Of a DNA stretch of 64,000 nt, positions 26,401-41,400 are shown one piece after another. The position numbers and the translations under genes are program-made. The stretch is from Orbicella franksi (Eukaryota): the NCBI GenBank assembly GCA_964199315.1, contig OZ116707.1, forward strand, positions 22,816,001-22,880,000. The letters run 5' to 3'. The notes under the pieces are model-generated. The model was not told where the DNA came from. It did no database searches and saw only the letters and a program-made list of their open reading frames with translations. The first letter of the stretch is position 1; every line of letters begins with the position of its first letter.

Positions 26401-29400
26401 AACGGTAGTACGACACTGGAGATTTTCATAGCTGCCATCTGGTCTGCAGCGTGGAACATATCGACCCACCACATAGTTCGTTAATGCTGCTTGATACTCT
26501 TGTCTACATTTGGTGTCCGTAGGGGCTGTAAGCAAGAAACGTTACATATAAGTACCTCTCAAGTTTCGCGCTTAACTTTAGCTATGGCTTAAAGATGTAT
26601 CTTCCATCCAACCGCAGTATCCACCATGACAGTATATAATGAAACAACAAGTCTACTCTAAATTAACTTTATTTCGATAGCCAAAGAGGGGCCTAAATCG
26701 CGTCTCACTTATCATGTGGGAATTATCACTAGGTGTCCATTTTGATTTTTGATGATGTTCGAGGTGTTACCCATCCCAATTTAGTTATCATTTCTACCAT
26801 TTGCAGTTAACGTATCCATTAACTTTCTACCCCCTCCGGAAACAACATGGCAAAAATGGCGTCTCCAGAGAAGAATTGTCTAGTTTCAGCAAATGACCTT
26901 CTTACCTATGGGACGCCATCTAGTTAACCAGTTGTCGTACCATCGATTGAGAACCTGTGGCGTGCGTCTTGGAAGCTCATCAAATGGATAGAAGAAGACC
27001 CTTGATCTGTCGGATGTAAGATCCTCCAGTTCTTTTTCAGGAGTATAGGGCCGTACGCCAATTGCATATATAGGAATGTCGCGGTCCCTTAGTCGCTGCG
27101 ATGCTCGCGACAAAGGAGTGTATGGGACTTGGTCTCTGTCTTGTGGACCATCAACCAAGAGGATTACGAGCTATAAGGTAAAAAGATATCGAGTCGCAGG
27201 ACATCTAAAGGTATTTAAAAATGATCTATTTACAGTGGCATAACAGATCGCAATACCGTGAACGTTTCAAATAGAAATGCAACCATTTTGAAATGCGCTA
27301 AGAGCAAAGATGACTCATTGTTGTCGCAATAGGCGAAACTTGTTAACTTTAGCTGGATTATGAAACCAGCTCCTCTTTGGTTACGTTAGACTTCGTCACG
27401 TTTGGCAACCGAGTAATATACTGGCTGACATTTACTTTGAGCCATGTATAGATAAAGAAACTTGCTTATATTCCGGTAACAGATTACAATCTCTCAACAG
27501 TTGGAAGCTGGTATTCATACTTTTAACGGTCACACTGGTGTAAACAGGCAAATCAGGGTCTTCTTGGGGGAAATCTTATCGTTAACTGGCGAAATCTTCA
27601 CTTTGCAAGCTATTTCATAACATCAACTTACCCGTGGCACATCTTTTCGCATGCCAGACTGAGGAGTGAACAAAACGTTGCTAGCCAGTTCCACAGCTTT
27701 GTCAATACGCGTGCTTCCTCTCGTATAACGCATGTCATCAATACGACGTTTGACGTTTTCCGGTGTGTACTGGGGTCCTTGCAAAGTGTTGAATCGGAAT
27801 GTTACTCGAGGTTCCGAGTTAAATGCAATGGCACTGTAACGGACACCATCTGGTGATGCACCGAGTGTGTCAACCACTGTCTTGGCAAAAGTTTGGAATG
27901 CATTCCAAGTCTGCGGTGTTGTTCGAGGCGATGACCCCAGAAGAAACGCTACATCTGCTGCAGGATAGAGGCCTAAAAACATTCAAAAGATTTGTTATTG
28001 AACCGTATTTCTGTAACTCAGACATGCCGAATATTTTCACGAGAGATATAAAACGCAGCCTCAACAATGGAGCTGGTTTTGTTTTAATTTACGCTATCAT
28101 GGCATACAAATTCGATGAATATATCAATTTATATTACAAGACAACGCATAAGCAAGATAATAACCAACTTCCAAAAACAAGTACGGATGTATTTTGTAGA
28201 GAGGAAGTCCTCCTATCTGAAATTTAGTTTTGCCAGCCTCTTCTTCTTCTGGAGAGCTACTGCAATCAACTTACCTCTACCGCGTATGTAATCTCTCCAG
28301 CTGTTCCAAAGTTTTGGTCCAAACTTTGGTAACCGGCTAATAGGTTCTCTGTAAATATTTTTCGGTCGTGAAGCGACGTCATTTAGCTGCTGGTCATCCA
28401 CGTCTGGCCCTACCCCAAGTACATAAATTTGAACTCCACGGTCTTTCAGTCCCCGTGACGCAGTCACTAAAGGTGTGTACCCTTCCGGATAGCTCGACAG
28501 CGAACTTGCTGTTATCACAAAAAGGAGCTACAACAAACAAATTAATACTTATTAAGAATCAGTGCATTTACTAGCCAGGTAACTATATGGCTCATTTGAA
28601 AAGAACTTTAAAATTTTTCCGATTGGATAACTGAGATGATCAACACGTTAATGTGGTTCAAAGCGTACATAGTATAACCAACTGAACTTTAACTTACATT
28701 ACATTTTTTTCAAGCAGTGGTAAAATTCACTCTTCAGTACTAAAAAGAACGTGGTACTCGCGAAAGGTATCTCTCTTTCAAAGGCTTTTTTTGCAATTAA
28801 CAGTTATTACCTATTCTGCGACAATGTTACCTAAAATGCGAGGTGGATTGAAACAAACAAAACAAAACAAAAAGTAGCAGTAATAATCAATCTAAAAGGA
28901 AATTAAATAAGTAGGAAAGTTCTTTTAAACTAACGGTGCTCTTGGCTGCAAGCAGGAAGATAGCCTGACAGCCTTTATCCTTACAGGGTAAAAACAAATG
29001 CCATTATTTATTTAATAAGTGACTGGTAATAAAATGAGGTATGCGCGATAAAGCTCGTTTGTTTAGATACAATATGGTACTTTTACTACAGCACAGAACG
29101 CACCTTGGGCACCCATCTTCTCATTCCATTTTCTTCCGTAAACAAGGACCTGGAAGCCATAAGCAGACCACGATCAAGTCTAGGTCTTCCTCGTACCAAG
29201 GGAGCTTTATCCACAGCGCGCTTTACTTCGTAGTTATTAGGTAATTCGTCATTAAAGTTAAACAACATCCTAGCATTGTTTCCGTAAGTAACCATTCCGA
29301 CATTTGCAGATCTGGGTGCAACGTGATAACGGTCTACTGTCCTCTTAACTATATCTTTGAAGTCTCTCCACATCTCAGGTGAAACATTGCTCGACGCGTC

Positions 29401-32400
29401 CACAACAAAACCGATGTCTACAGCTACCCAGCGATCTGAATAGAAATAAAGGGATGTTCCATAAGTTGCTTTGAATAGACAATACATGAAATATTCAGCA
29501 CAATGCAGGCCACATCTAAACTTTTTTCTATGGAGCCATCTTATTAGTTTATACAGAAATATACGTTGTGTTTACATCGATAACAGGAACGCAAGGGCTG
29601 TTTCCATAATACATGGGTGCATCTTAAAATACCTTTTGTCCTACACCGTTATGTGCAAGTAAAACTAAAAGTAAGCGTGAGGTAAGCATAACTTCACCCA
29701 ACCTCTTAAGTATGTTCTCCAGTTTTCTACTATTGTCAGGCGCCTCTGTGGGAGGTCTTTGACAGAGCTGACAGGTCTAAAAACGTTCTGTGGTCTTGAC
29801 GCAATATCTCGCAAGTTCTGTTCGGGGACCTTGTCTCCGACACCCAGAGCATAGACCTCTACCACTTTGTTTTTGAGAGGTAAAGATGCCCGGTCAAGTG
29901 GAGTGGATGGCTCTTGGTCTGGGTCTTGTCCAGAGTCTGTGATTACAAACAGAAGCTGCAAAAATATAGAAGGAGAATATTATTGTTTAGGTGTTGATAA
30001 GATTCTCTGCAACAAAAACAGGTCCAGTTTTCAGACTAGATAGTTCTATGTCGCATGACATTACATGACATGAGCTAGATGGAATCCTAGTTCCTTAAGC
30101 TTCCCAATAGTTCCAATAACAAATTAAACTAGACTGGAGGGAGGCACAGTCAGAGTAAAATAATGAACACTCTGGGCAGCGCAGAACCATCGTACAGTAA
30201 AAAGTAACGCAAACGTCAAGAAATTTAGATCTTTGTTGCCTACGAATCGTCAGAAAACGCGATGCACTTTCAGTGGGACGTACGAAAGAGCAACGATTTT
30301 TCGCCAACGAAAAGGAAAATTCCCTTGCACGAAAAATTCAGACCAAAGAAAATATAGACTACTGTGGCGTAAAACTGTGGCGTAAATTCGATCTTTTTGT
30401 GAAGTTTTATTAACGTTGTGGTCTATATAACTATATAGCCAATTCGCTTCATGTGCTGTTTTAGTCTATAACGGACATTTGAAAAGAAAGGATCATGGCC
30501 TTTGCGCTCTGATACCTACTAGTCAACTTACAACAATAATAGTATAATAAATCAAGAAAGCATGTTGGTACCTTAAGAGAGTCCTTTCTTGCTCCACCTT
30601 GAGGTGTAAAGAGATATGTGTTGGCAAGCTTCAAAGCCTTATCAATCCTTGTGGGTCCATTGCTGTATGGAACTCTGTCAATCAACCTGCGGACCTCATA
30701 GTTGTTTAGCTGCGGACCAGTAAGAGCATTAAATGCAAATCCGACTCTCGGTGTCGTATCAAACGATATCACTCCTATTCGAGCTCCTCTTTGAAGAACC
30801 GGGAATTGGTCAGCAATTGACTTAACAAAGTCAAGGGTGGCCCTCCACTGATCTTGAGTGGTTGAGGGTGATGATCCAATTAAGAAGGCAATGTCGACTG
30901 GATAGCTCCGTTCTGCGGAATTAAAAGAAATCAATTTAGAAAGCGGAATCTAGACAAATATGCAAAAGTAGACATGGATTGGTGGGATGTATATTATCTG
31001 ATACAAGAATAATGCAAAACATACAGTTCAAAAGAATTTAATAAAGGAAAATTTTAGCGACACATCTTACCATAAATTAGCATAAATTGATTCTTTAGTT
31101 CGATCTTAAAATAATACCTTTTTGCACCAAAAACGTATTGGGCGGACAACAAAATCTGCATTAATTACCAAAGGAATTATGAAGACAAAGACACTGTAAT
31201 ATGCAGGTCGAGAAGTCAAACTATCTTTTGTAGGAAGTAAACGGCAAAAAGAGTACGACTACTAGTGCAGCCAAGAAAACAGTTGTAGGTGGTCAGCGGA
31301 TCCACAACATAGACAGCTGGTGTCCTATGTTTCACTCAGAAGAGAAGGCAAGTTATTAGTAATAGGGAACCATGTCTATTTGCTCCAGAGCATATTCACC
31401 TCTCAAGCGAGTTTTAACCTGGCTCGCGATCTTGGTGGTAATAGCAGGTGCAGGCTCATCGGGTGCGACAGCGTAAACATTGTCATCGCGAGAAGCTATT
31501 TTACGAAGGTCATCCATGTTGGTGTCACTTTTCGGTTTCGTGGAAAATGCGAAGACCTCCACATCTTTGTCTTTTACTTTTTGAGCAGCACTTGCCAGGG
31601 GAGTGGATTGCTGATCCTTTGGTTGGTCTCCGTCTGCCACTACCAGCAAGAACTAAAACATGAATTAAACGTGATTTGGTTTATTGGGTACGAGTATCAA
31701 CAAATTTTGACCAGGAAAACAAATGGTTGAGTCAACAACAATAAACTGTTACTCCAAACTGGTTGTCGCCTAACGGATGAACCATTGCATCACTGAAATA
31801 AGTGGTCATTGAGAAGAATTACTCATAAGACCTTGGCATACTCCTGTTGGAAGCGTCATTATAACCTGCTACGTGACGAAGGACATGAGAAAAACATGAT
31901 AGATAGAAAGCTTTACTTGCATAGTTAGTATTGAAAGAATAGCTCACGTGCTGTAGGCAGTACGGTCACAAAAACGCAACTCTACTCTTAACACTTTTCC
32001 GTACGCAATTGCACATCATGTAAATTATTAAAGCATCCCTGATCTGAACAAAATGAATGACATCACATTCCATTTCATACCTTGGACGCTTCAGTTCTCA
32101 TTCCACTTTGTGTTGCAAACATTTCGTCAGCTGCCTTTTGGAGACCAACATCCAGTCTAGTTGTTTCCACTTCCTCGTAAGGAATTTGAGAAATCCGGCG
32201 TTTGACTTCATATAAATTGTAGTCCGATCCTCTGAGGGTGTTGAATTTCAAAGCCAATTTCGGAACCTCGCCCACCGTTGCAACGGAAAGGTGAGTACCT
32301 CGTTGAGATACCGGAAAGGCATCCACCATAGAGTTGACATCATCAAGGATTGATGACCATTTCGTTGGTGTTGTTTGTGGAGAAGACGCGATTAATATTC

Positions 32401-35400
32401 CGACATCAGCAGGGGCAGTTAGGTCTGTTTCGATGAGAAGGAAACATTACTACACTTACAATTATAGGTGTCCACTAGTCCTTTTGCCCAGAAGGCATGA
32501 GCTTTACCAGCAATATACAATCAATTCAAGCATTGAAAAAACGTAGCGACCTGGTCATAATTTATGGGGTACGTTTCTGCCGATAATACGAAAAACATTA
32601 ATCGACACAAGTTGCCGGGTCGTCGATCTTTGTGTAGGACTTGGCAAAGCTTTTTATCTATCTTTGAGTAAAGAAAAAATGTTCTTGTGCTAGGTCCTAC
32701 TACACAAACTATAAATATTGGTATTTAACGACAGACGGTTATGAACACTATGGTGTTAACTTTGAAGGCAAGAGCAGAACGGTAGAACCGACCTGTTTGA
32801 CGGCTAGGATCCTCCACATATCCTTTAATGGTATCGGCTATTCGTTTTCCAGTGTTGGCTAACTGATCAGATGGAATGATGTACACATTGGAAGGTTTCG
32901 TTGTGGTGTCTTCTAAATCTTTTTGATCGACACCAGGCTTAACTCCCACTGAGTAGATATTGATGCCCTTGCTCTTGAGTCCTTGGGAAGCTTCACTGAG
33001 AGGTATTTGCTGGGGGTCTTTGGTTTTTGTGTCCAATGATACCAAAACGAGGAACTGTTGGATAGACATTTCACCCAACTTATAATGAACACTGATGCAG
33101 TATTTTAAAAGAAATATAAAACGTCTAAATGACGTTTAGGCGTCATCTTGTCTTCGTTGCGGTTCGGTTCGAATATATATTAGTTTAGGTGTGGAAGAGA
33201 CAAGAAAAAATGACCGATGCAATAATTGCTTTACATATCACAAAAATAAAAAACTATTTACGTTTTGGCCGAGGAAAAGGCTACGTTAAAAGCTAAGTTG
33301 GTGGAGCTAAATTGTGGTTACCACCTACTTATCCATCAAGAGGGTAACGTCAACGTTTCTTAGTTAAGGAAAATTGCACCCTGAGGGCACTACCGAAGTG
33401 ATTGGAGATTGAGAGGTGGTCGTTATTGGAGGGCGCTAAATTGAACCATTACGGTACTGATATCGTTACCTTTGGAACTCCTGGTCTTGAGCCAGCCTCT
33501 GTTGTAAATAACTCTCTCTCAGCCGCTTGCAAGGCTCTGTCTATCCTAGGCGTACCTGACATTGACGGTAATGTGTCTATGAAACTCTTCAATTCATCCT
33601 TGCTGTCTTGTTTACCTTGCAGATCATTGAATTGGAGAGCTGTTCTTGTGTTTTCCCCGTATGTAATAAGAGCCACGTGAACACCACTTGGAGAAATATC
33701 AAGTTCATCAATGATAGACGTTGTAAATGCTGATATCTGCGTCATATTGTCAGGAGTTGTGGCATAGTCCAAAACTAAAGCAACGTCTGCTCCAGTAGAT
33801 GGTGCTAGGGAAAAAAAAACAATTAGGGGCTTAAAAAAACATACATGATTCGCCAGCGGGGACAAAAACTATTATAGTAGACGTTGTAAATGCTGATATC
33901 TGCGTTATATTGTCAGGAGTTGTGGCATAGTCCAAAACTAAAGCAACGTCTGCTCCAGTAGATGGTGCTAGAGAAAAAAAAAACAATTAGGGGCTTAAAA
34001 AAACATACATGATTCGCCAGCGGGGACAAAAACTATTATAGTAGACGTCGTTAAAATTATGGCCTTCTAAACCGAGGTTGTATTGCATTTACACGTAAAA
34101 TAAGATGGCAGTCTATCAGTTCGCGGATGCAACGGAGTTTAGTAGTACTTGTCATCAGTGAACCATTCAATATTATCATTACAGTTATTATCACGGTGTA
34201 ATTCCCAAGAAGTATCAAAAAATCTCTGTTTTGAGGCCACTGTTGTAGCAGTAGAAATATAGTTCCGCAAATTGTAAGGCTTCAGTGCGAGAAAGATCTA
34301 TGACTTTTTCACTGCTGATAGCCTTTTTCATTGCAAGTGTATCTTACCGCATTGAGGCCAACCCTTTCTCTTTGTTCCGGTCAATTCTCTGCCAGTAGCA
34401 TCAACACACCAGCAATAGTCCCATCCAGCACCACACTGAACTTCTTCAAAACGTCCGTCCGGTTTGCACTGTGGAACAAATCTGCCAATATTGTAGTTTT
34501 CCATTGCTTGACGGTACTTTTCCAAGCACAAGCTCTTCGTTGGCTCTACAGGAATAAACATTTCGTAAACAGCTCCCTTTAGAGCATAGCCCTTCCATAG
34601 CCTGTAAGTCTTAGGGAGTTGAAGCTATGACGGTGTTGGAAGATTTATAGCACGTCCAAAATATTACTTGAGGTCCATAACATGCAACGATGACGTCATT
34701 TGACGATGCACCATCTTTGACTTTAAGATTACAATGAAGTGTTGTAAAACCGCCAACAATGCTTTAACGTTTTGAAAGCAACAGGCAATCAACGTTAGAA
34801 GGGGGCCTCAAAAGCCTACTATCCCGGTCTGACCATGATTAAAGCACTTAAGGCTCACTTTTGCTTGAGCCAGCCTCTGTTGTAAATAAGGGGATATTTT
34901 GGCGAATTATCTTCTAGTGAACGAAATGTGGATTTTCTTTTCATTGACGCTCAACCCAGTTCCGTTTGAAAACGCGACTGTGCTTCAGCTGTCAATATTG
35001 GCCATTTGCATTCCCATGCTTACTAGTACTATGTGTCTTCAAACGCAGTTCAATGGTTTTCCTCTTTATTAATAGAATGTAAAGGGCAAAAAATCGACTT
35101 TTCCGCAGGCTCTGTTTTAAGTGTTTTACTTACCATCATCTTTTGGTTTAGGAACAAGACAGTTGGGTGTGTCGGGAAGGGTTGTCTTGGTTCCCGAGAT
35201 CTCGTTACCATCCTTGTCTACACAATAACATACGAAGCCTTGGCACTGAATGTCTTCAAAACTACCATCCTGTGTACATCGTGGAATGAAACTTCCAGGA
35301 GCTCTGTTTTGAAGAGCTCGCTCCCGTTGTTCTTGGCATTTTGTCAGTTGTTCTCCTACAGATTGGAAAATGCCAGATTGTATTCAAAATACATTTTATG

Positions 35401-38400
35401 TGATTGCTTTACTGTAATGCTACATAGTGAACTCAGTGAAAGAAGAGAGCCCGTCTTTTTACTTGGCTAATACCACAAGGTAATGTTTAGTGTAAGCTCT
35501 CATCTGAGAATAGTAGAATAGATTACCAAACATTCTCAATTTGTAAACAATGTAGTTTCATGTTAGCCTTTCCATTGTCCTTCCTAATACCTGTACATTT
35601 GATCATAAAACAACCCTAACCATGCAAAGAATTTAGATACCAAAGGCAAAAAAAAAAAAAAAAACAGCAACAAAAAAAAAAGAAATGGCACACGCATTTG
35701 GTCAGCCTGTATAGCTTCAAACGTAGATTTGCATGTGATTGCTGCGATCTGTTTAAAGTTTATTCCATCTTGGTTAACTTGAGAGTTCCCTTGCTACTAT
35801 TAAAGGTCTGGTGTTATCATAAGCATGAACTCCCAAAATGTTTCTAAGTGTCATGGTTATCTTACCTGGTGCGGGACACGGTCGTTTTTCTCTTCCTCTG
35901 GTACCTGGTATTTCTTGTCCCTGGCTATCTACACACCAACACACGCCACTGGAAACTTGGCACTGTAAAGGTTTGTAGTTACCATCTCTGTCACAGTCTG
36001 GCGAAAAACGCCCAGGTAGAGTTGAACCCGTGTAGCCCTCTGAGCTTATACGCTCCTGTAAGCATGGGGTTAGCCCAGCTTGAAATAGAAAAGAATTAAC
36101 GTAAGAGTAGTCTTAATACAGGAAGTATGGTGGCAATGAGTAAGGATCATCTTTGCTGGATTTAATAATGTTCACGAGAGACACATCACATAGAAACATG
36201 CCGTTAGTAAGGCGCATAATTTATTAGCCAAGCACTTGGGCTCATAGAGATGAGACAAGCTAGTTAAATACCTTAATCTATAAGTACAACTGCTCAAGAT
36301 ACCTTTTCGCTGAACACAACACTACTTTGAGAGGAAGAATCAAATGGGCTAAAACGAGATACCTTTAGGAATGTAGGAAAGTTCAGACATAATAGTGCAA
36401 CCCAAAGCGACCATATTCTCCTGTTATCATGGGGTTAGCCCGTTGTGGCTAGAAAAACCCGGTTTCGTGTATGAAAAATGGTGATATGGACTGGGATTGA
36501 CCTCTGGCAGGATTAATCATTTTCACCAAAATTTTTTCCTCGATTCAGCCCACCTATAATGTTAAAAGCACAATTTCCTATATATATAGGACAAACTACT
36601 TTGAAAGCTAACTCTGTGTGGCGAAGTGAACAAGACAAAATATTGAAAGGATCGTAGAATCAAAACGCCTGCTTGGAACTTTGGAGTACTTAGACATACA
36701 TGTAGCAAACACTCATTTATAAAATACCAAGGTCAGTCTTTACCAGTACGAGGACAACTTGGTTTTCCTTGTGTTTCTGTTCCGAGGATTATCACGTTGT
36801 TATAATAAACACACCAACACGATCCCGTGGCCGCTGAACATTGTACGTCATCGAAGCTACCGTCAGGTTTGCACTGTGGTACATCTCTGTTGACTTTGGT
36901 CTCTTTTCTTCGGAAATTCAGGACGTCATCTCTTCTCTTTTGGCACTCGGTGGGTACCCTGCTCAAAACTGAAATATTGCCAAATTATGTCATTGCTGCT
37001 GTATTTGTAATATGCCTACATAAGATGGGCAACAGCATTAGAACACGTCTTTGCACTTAAACAAATTATGTAGGGCGTAAGAGAAAACTAACTTGCTAAC
37101 TGTTAACTGTGTTTGAAGTTTCATAAATGGACAATTTCTTTTTCATTTCATTCTCCACCTACAACAAGTAAAAAATTACCAAGCCACTGAGTATACCTTC
37201 CTCAGAACAGTTTGGAGCACTGTTGTAAGTGCTGGTGTTCCAATACGCTTGTCCATTCTTGTCAGCACACCAGCATTGTAACCCCCAAGCATAGCTACAT
37301 TGTACTTTCTTGTAATTTCCTTGGCTGTCACAATCTGGCATCGGAAGGTCTGTTATTCCAGATGCAATCAATCTTTCCCTATCATAGTAACAATTTTTCG
37401 GCTCTGCTGCAAGAAATTAAGTTAAATAACTCATTCAGTGTTGAGAATCAGTACGTACCCTGGCATACACGGAGAAAATTTACGGTACAAAACTACAGGA
37501 TACTATATGATAAAGCTATTAGTACAACAACAACAAACTGTACGAACGAGGACATAACTACAATTTCCAAGCGGTTTACTGGTATTACGTGTACAGCTTA
37601 TAACCATTTAAGAATCTGTGTGCATACATCGTCAGCTATACCACATTTATTGCGGCCATGGATCTCATGGGATGAGAACAAGAAGAGTGTAGTTTTGAAC
37701 ATTGCCTTAACAATATTTCTCCATTTCTCCTCTTTTCTTTTTTTACGCTGCGACATGAAAACAGCATCAGACGCAAACCTTTATCGGGGCAGCTGACCAT
37801 TCCCTTCTTTCTCGTTCCAGGAATTTCAAGTCCAAGTGAATCCACACACCAGCAGTAGTTTGTTGCAGAGTAGCATTGCATTTTGTTGTATTTCCCATTG
37901 TCGTCACATTCAGGAGCGAATCGTCCAGGGGACGCACTTCCTAATGGTCCCAAGGCAGTTCTTCGTTCTTTCTGGCATTTGGTCAAGTCAGCTATATAAT
38001 CAAAACACAAAATGCAAATGGGTAAGTATACAATTTAAGTCACGTAGTGACTCCCTCGTCAAACACTATACTTAAGAACAGCCAACCGTTGCAGTTGAGT
38101 TTTATTTTACTTGCTCGTTTGGTCTCGCCGTGGCTATTTTCGCTCGACTAAGTCTTGCCAAAATACGAACCATGGCTCGACTAAACTCGCCTGATATGTC
38201 GCCGAAGCGTACCAAAAAGGCAAGTTTAGGTATCTACCGTACCGTAAGCATATATGTCAGGACAGTAGACACGGCTTCTGATTGGCTAATTTCGAATTTG
38301 GGTACGGAAAACAGGGAAAATGTGTATACCCACCCATCATTCCACAGCTTGGTACACCTGACGTCCTTGTGCCTTGCTTTTCGATTCCACTCTTATCAAC

Positions 38401-41400
38401 ACACCAACACACACCAACGGACGGATAGCACTGAACAACATCGTATTCTCCGTCTGGTTTGCAAGAAGGTACAAACTTTCCGCTGGTTTGTATTCCCTTC
38501 CATCCAAGAGCCGCCTGACGCTCCTTTTGACACATGGTCAGACCGGCTGCGGAGGTACATGAATAAACATTTCATAAACGTAAGCGGAAATTACGACAAA
38601 AAATAAACCTCAAAATTGCTCACCCATTGGCCCACATCTGGGCGTTCCCGATATTCTTGTCCTAGGTATCTCTCTTCCGTACTTGTCAACACACCAGCAG
38701 AATGAAGTACGTGCGAGACATTGAACTGGACTGTAACCTCCATTGACATCGCATCTTAATGTGGACCACCATGGACCACTTGCTCTTACATACTGGCTTG
38801 GTATCTTCATTGAAACCACTGGTTGTAGCCTTTTTATGTCACGGTCTTTTTGACAGGTTGTCTTCACACCTGGACAATATAAACATTTACCACTTTTCAG
38901 TTTGTTTTTTTTTCGCCTTACTTGCATATGAATATGATCCATCTGGCAAACACACAGTGCGCGTTTTCCATTTTTTACCATTGGAAAATACATTCTACCT
39001 GATGTTCACATTTACTACTAAACAGCATGTTTTTTTAATAATTTTGCAAGGAGATATAAATACCTGGTTTTGATTTATCCGGGCACCTAGATTGCGGACT
39101 TCCATAAGTCTTAGTGCCATAAAGTTCATTTCCGTACTTATCAACACACCAACAAATGCCGTTCTCACACTGTACAGGTTTGTACTTCCCATCTTCGGTG
39201 CATTCAGGCTGAAATTGGCCAGATCTACCAGCTGCATAGAGTCTATCACGTTGGCACGCAGTCAAATTGCCTGGAAAAAGCGGATCAAAGTAAAGAACAT
39301 GGCGGAACCAGGTAGTAAGTTGCCCTTCATTGCAGGTATATCTAAGATTCCCAAAATTCTTTTATAAACCCAACGTTCATGGGATATTCCTTTTGTATTC
39401 GTTTTTAAATAATACAAATACTGAACTAAACTCAGTGATTATTGGTGTCAACTGAACTTTAGTTTGTTCAAGGTTAATAGCGACAAACCTGTGTCAGCGC
39501 AGCTTATTTTGTCACTGGAGCGTGTCCTGGGAATAGGTTTGCCATTCTGATCTACACACCAACAGTATTCTCCGGATGGTGCACACTGTGCAAGTTTATA
39601 TTCGCCATCATTTGTACACTGAGGTACAAAAACACCAGCTGGGGCCGTTCCACTCCATGCAAGAGCTGCAAGCCTTTCCTTCTGGCATCTCTTGAGTCCA
39701 GCTGCTCATAGAGACATAAAGAGTGAGTGAAAATGACTGTACGTATCTGAAAAAAATCATATCTTTAAATCATGGGCTGGTAGTTCTAAAACGCCTTTAA
39801 ATAGTATAATTAGACCTCATAATTGATCACCTTCTCCTGGGTTTCCAGTGTAGTGCTCAATCATAAAATCGAAATGGAAAAGTGTAGTCTCTCTTTTAAG
39901 ACCTCTGTTTATGCGAACTCTCAAGTTGTGGTAAAATTAATGTTTTATCTCACTATTCTATTTACGTTCCTAGAATAATAAAGACGTGAATCGAAACTAA
40001 ACAAAACTTCTTGTTATCCCAGAAAGAAGCGGTGATAAGAGGAAAAAAAAAAACTAAATAAAATTCTCTCAACAACTTTACAAAAAGACTCTAACCATCT
40101 GAATCACAGTAAGGTATCCCTGTTGTCTTTGTCCTTGGCAACTCGTTGCCATATCGATCCACACACCAACATTCCCCAAGTGATCCACACTGAACTTTGC
40201 GGTAGCCACCATATCTGTCGCACAGTGGGACGAAGCGAGTGAACTGAAAACGAGTCTGCTGTAATTGTGCACCTTCGCTACTTTCCATTTCGCAGACAGT
40301 TTTCTTTTTGTCTGCAGGGGAAAGAAGAAAAACAATATAAGACTGGATACCAAAGAGGGTTGCAATATTAAGATCATTATAAATTAATAAATTAATAACT
40401 AACCCCACATGAAATATACGTCGGTAAACCATAAAGAATATTAAAACAGAAGACCAATTGATAAATTATTAAAGTAGAGACTTGCTTCAAATGTAACAAT
40501 ATCGCGGATTGATCAGGATAATATAGGATATAGCGTTCTCTGGTAAAAAGTATTTAAAAACATAACCTTTCGACAGCTGGTCTACTGTCTTCGATGGACA
40601 AAAGTTTGTGATAAAATGGAACGTTAAAATTTGAATATAGAGAGTAAATCGCATAAATTTAAAATTACTGCACTTATAAAGAATGTTCAAAAGAATGCTA
40701 AAAGTGCTAAAATAAATGTTTGTTTAAGAAATGTTGTATTGTCTCGGGAGTTTGCATGAAATATTATCAGCCTCAACAGTTTTGTTTCAAATGGGTATCC
40801 TGGAATGGGTTCTTGTTCAAAGTCAATATAGTCCATGCGTTTATTGCTATGTGTGAGTTGGTATTCCATTGACGTAGGGCAGTGTTAGAGGGTGATAAGT
40901 GTTTTATTCCATCGGTAAATTGGAAATATAACGGGCGGACGTTTCACGTACCTAAATCAACACAATTTGGTTGTCCTCTTATTCTGGTTCCCCAGATTTC
41001 ACTTCCTTGGCGGTCTACACACCAACAGTACCCAGTAGATTTTTGACACTGTACAGTTTTGAAACTGCCATCTTGATTGCACTCAGGAGAGAAAACAATT
41101 GCGAAGTCCGCTGACCATGCACTAGCTTGAACTTGGTCCTTTATGCAAGCACTGACGTCATCTTAAATGAAAACGTTATTAAGCAGCTAAGTTACGTGTT
41201 TTTCCACTGTTTAAATATTCAACCAAATCTACGTAATGCAGACTACAGGTGTTACAGATTATCTTTTGAATTTATAAAGAAAAATTGTTGCAAAGAATTA
41301 TTTTTGTGCCAAAACAAACTTCAATGATAAAGCTGAAAGCAACACTTGAAAGGCATGCGCAGTTCAAGTGGACATATAAAAGATCGTAGAGCTGAACTGA

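Noticed and set aside
33879-33967. Second copy of the VWA4 start as a separate real exon
   Set aside because: No usable donor; it runs into intron sequence and a stop. Reported as a decoy acceptor instead.
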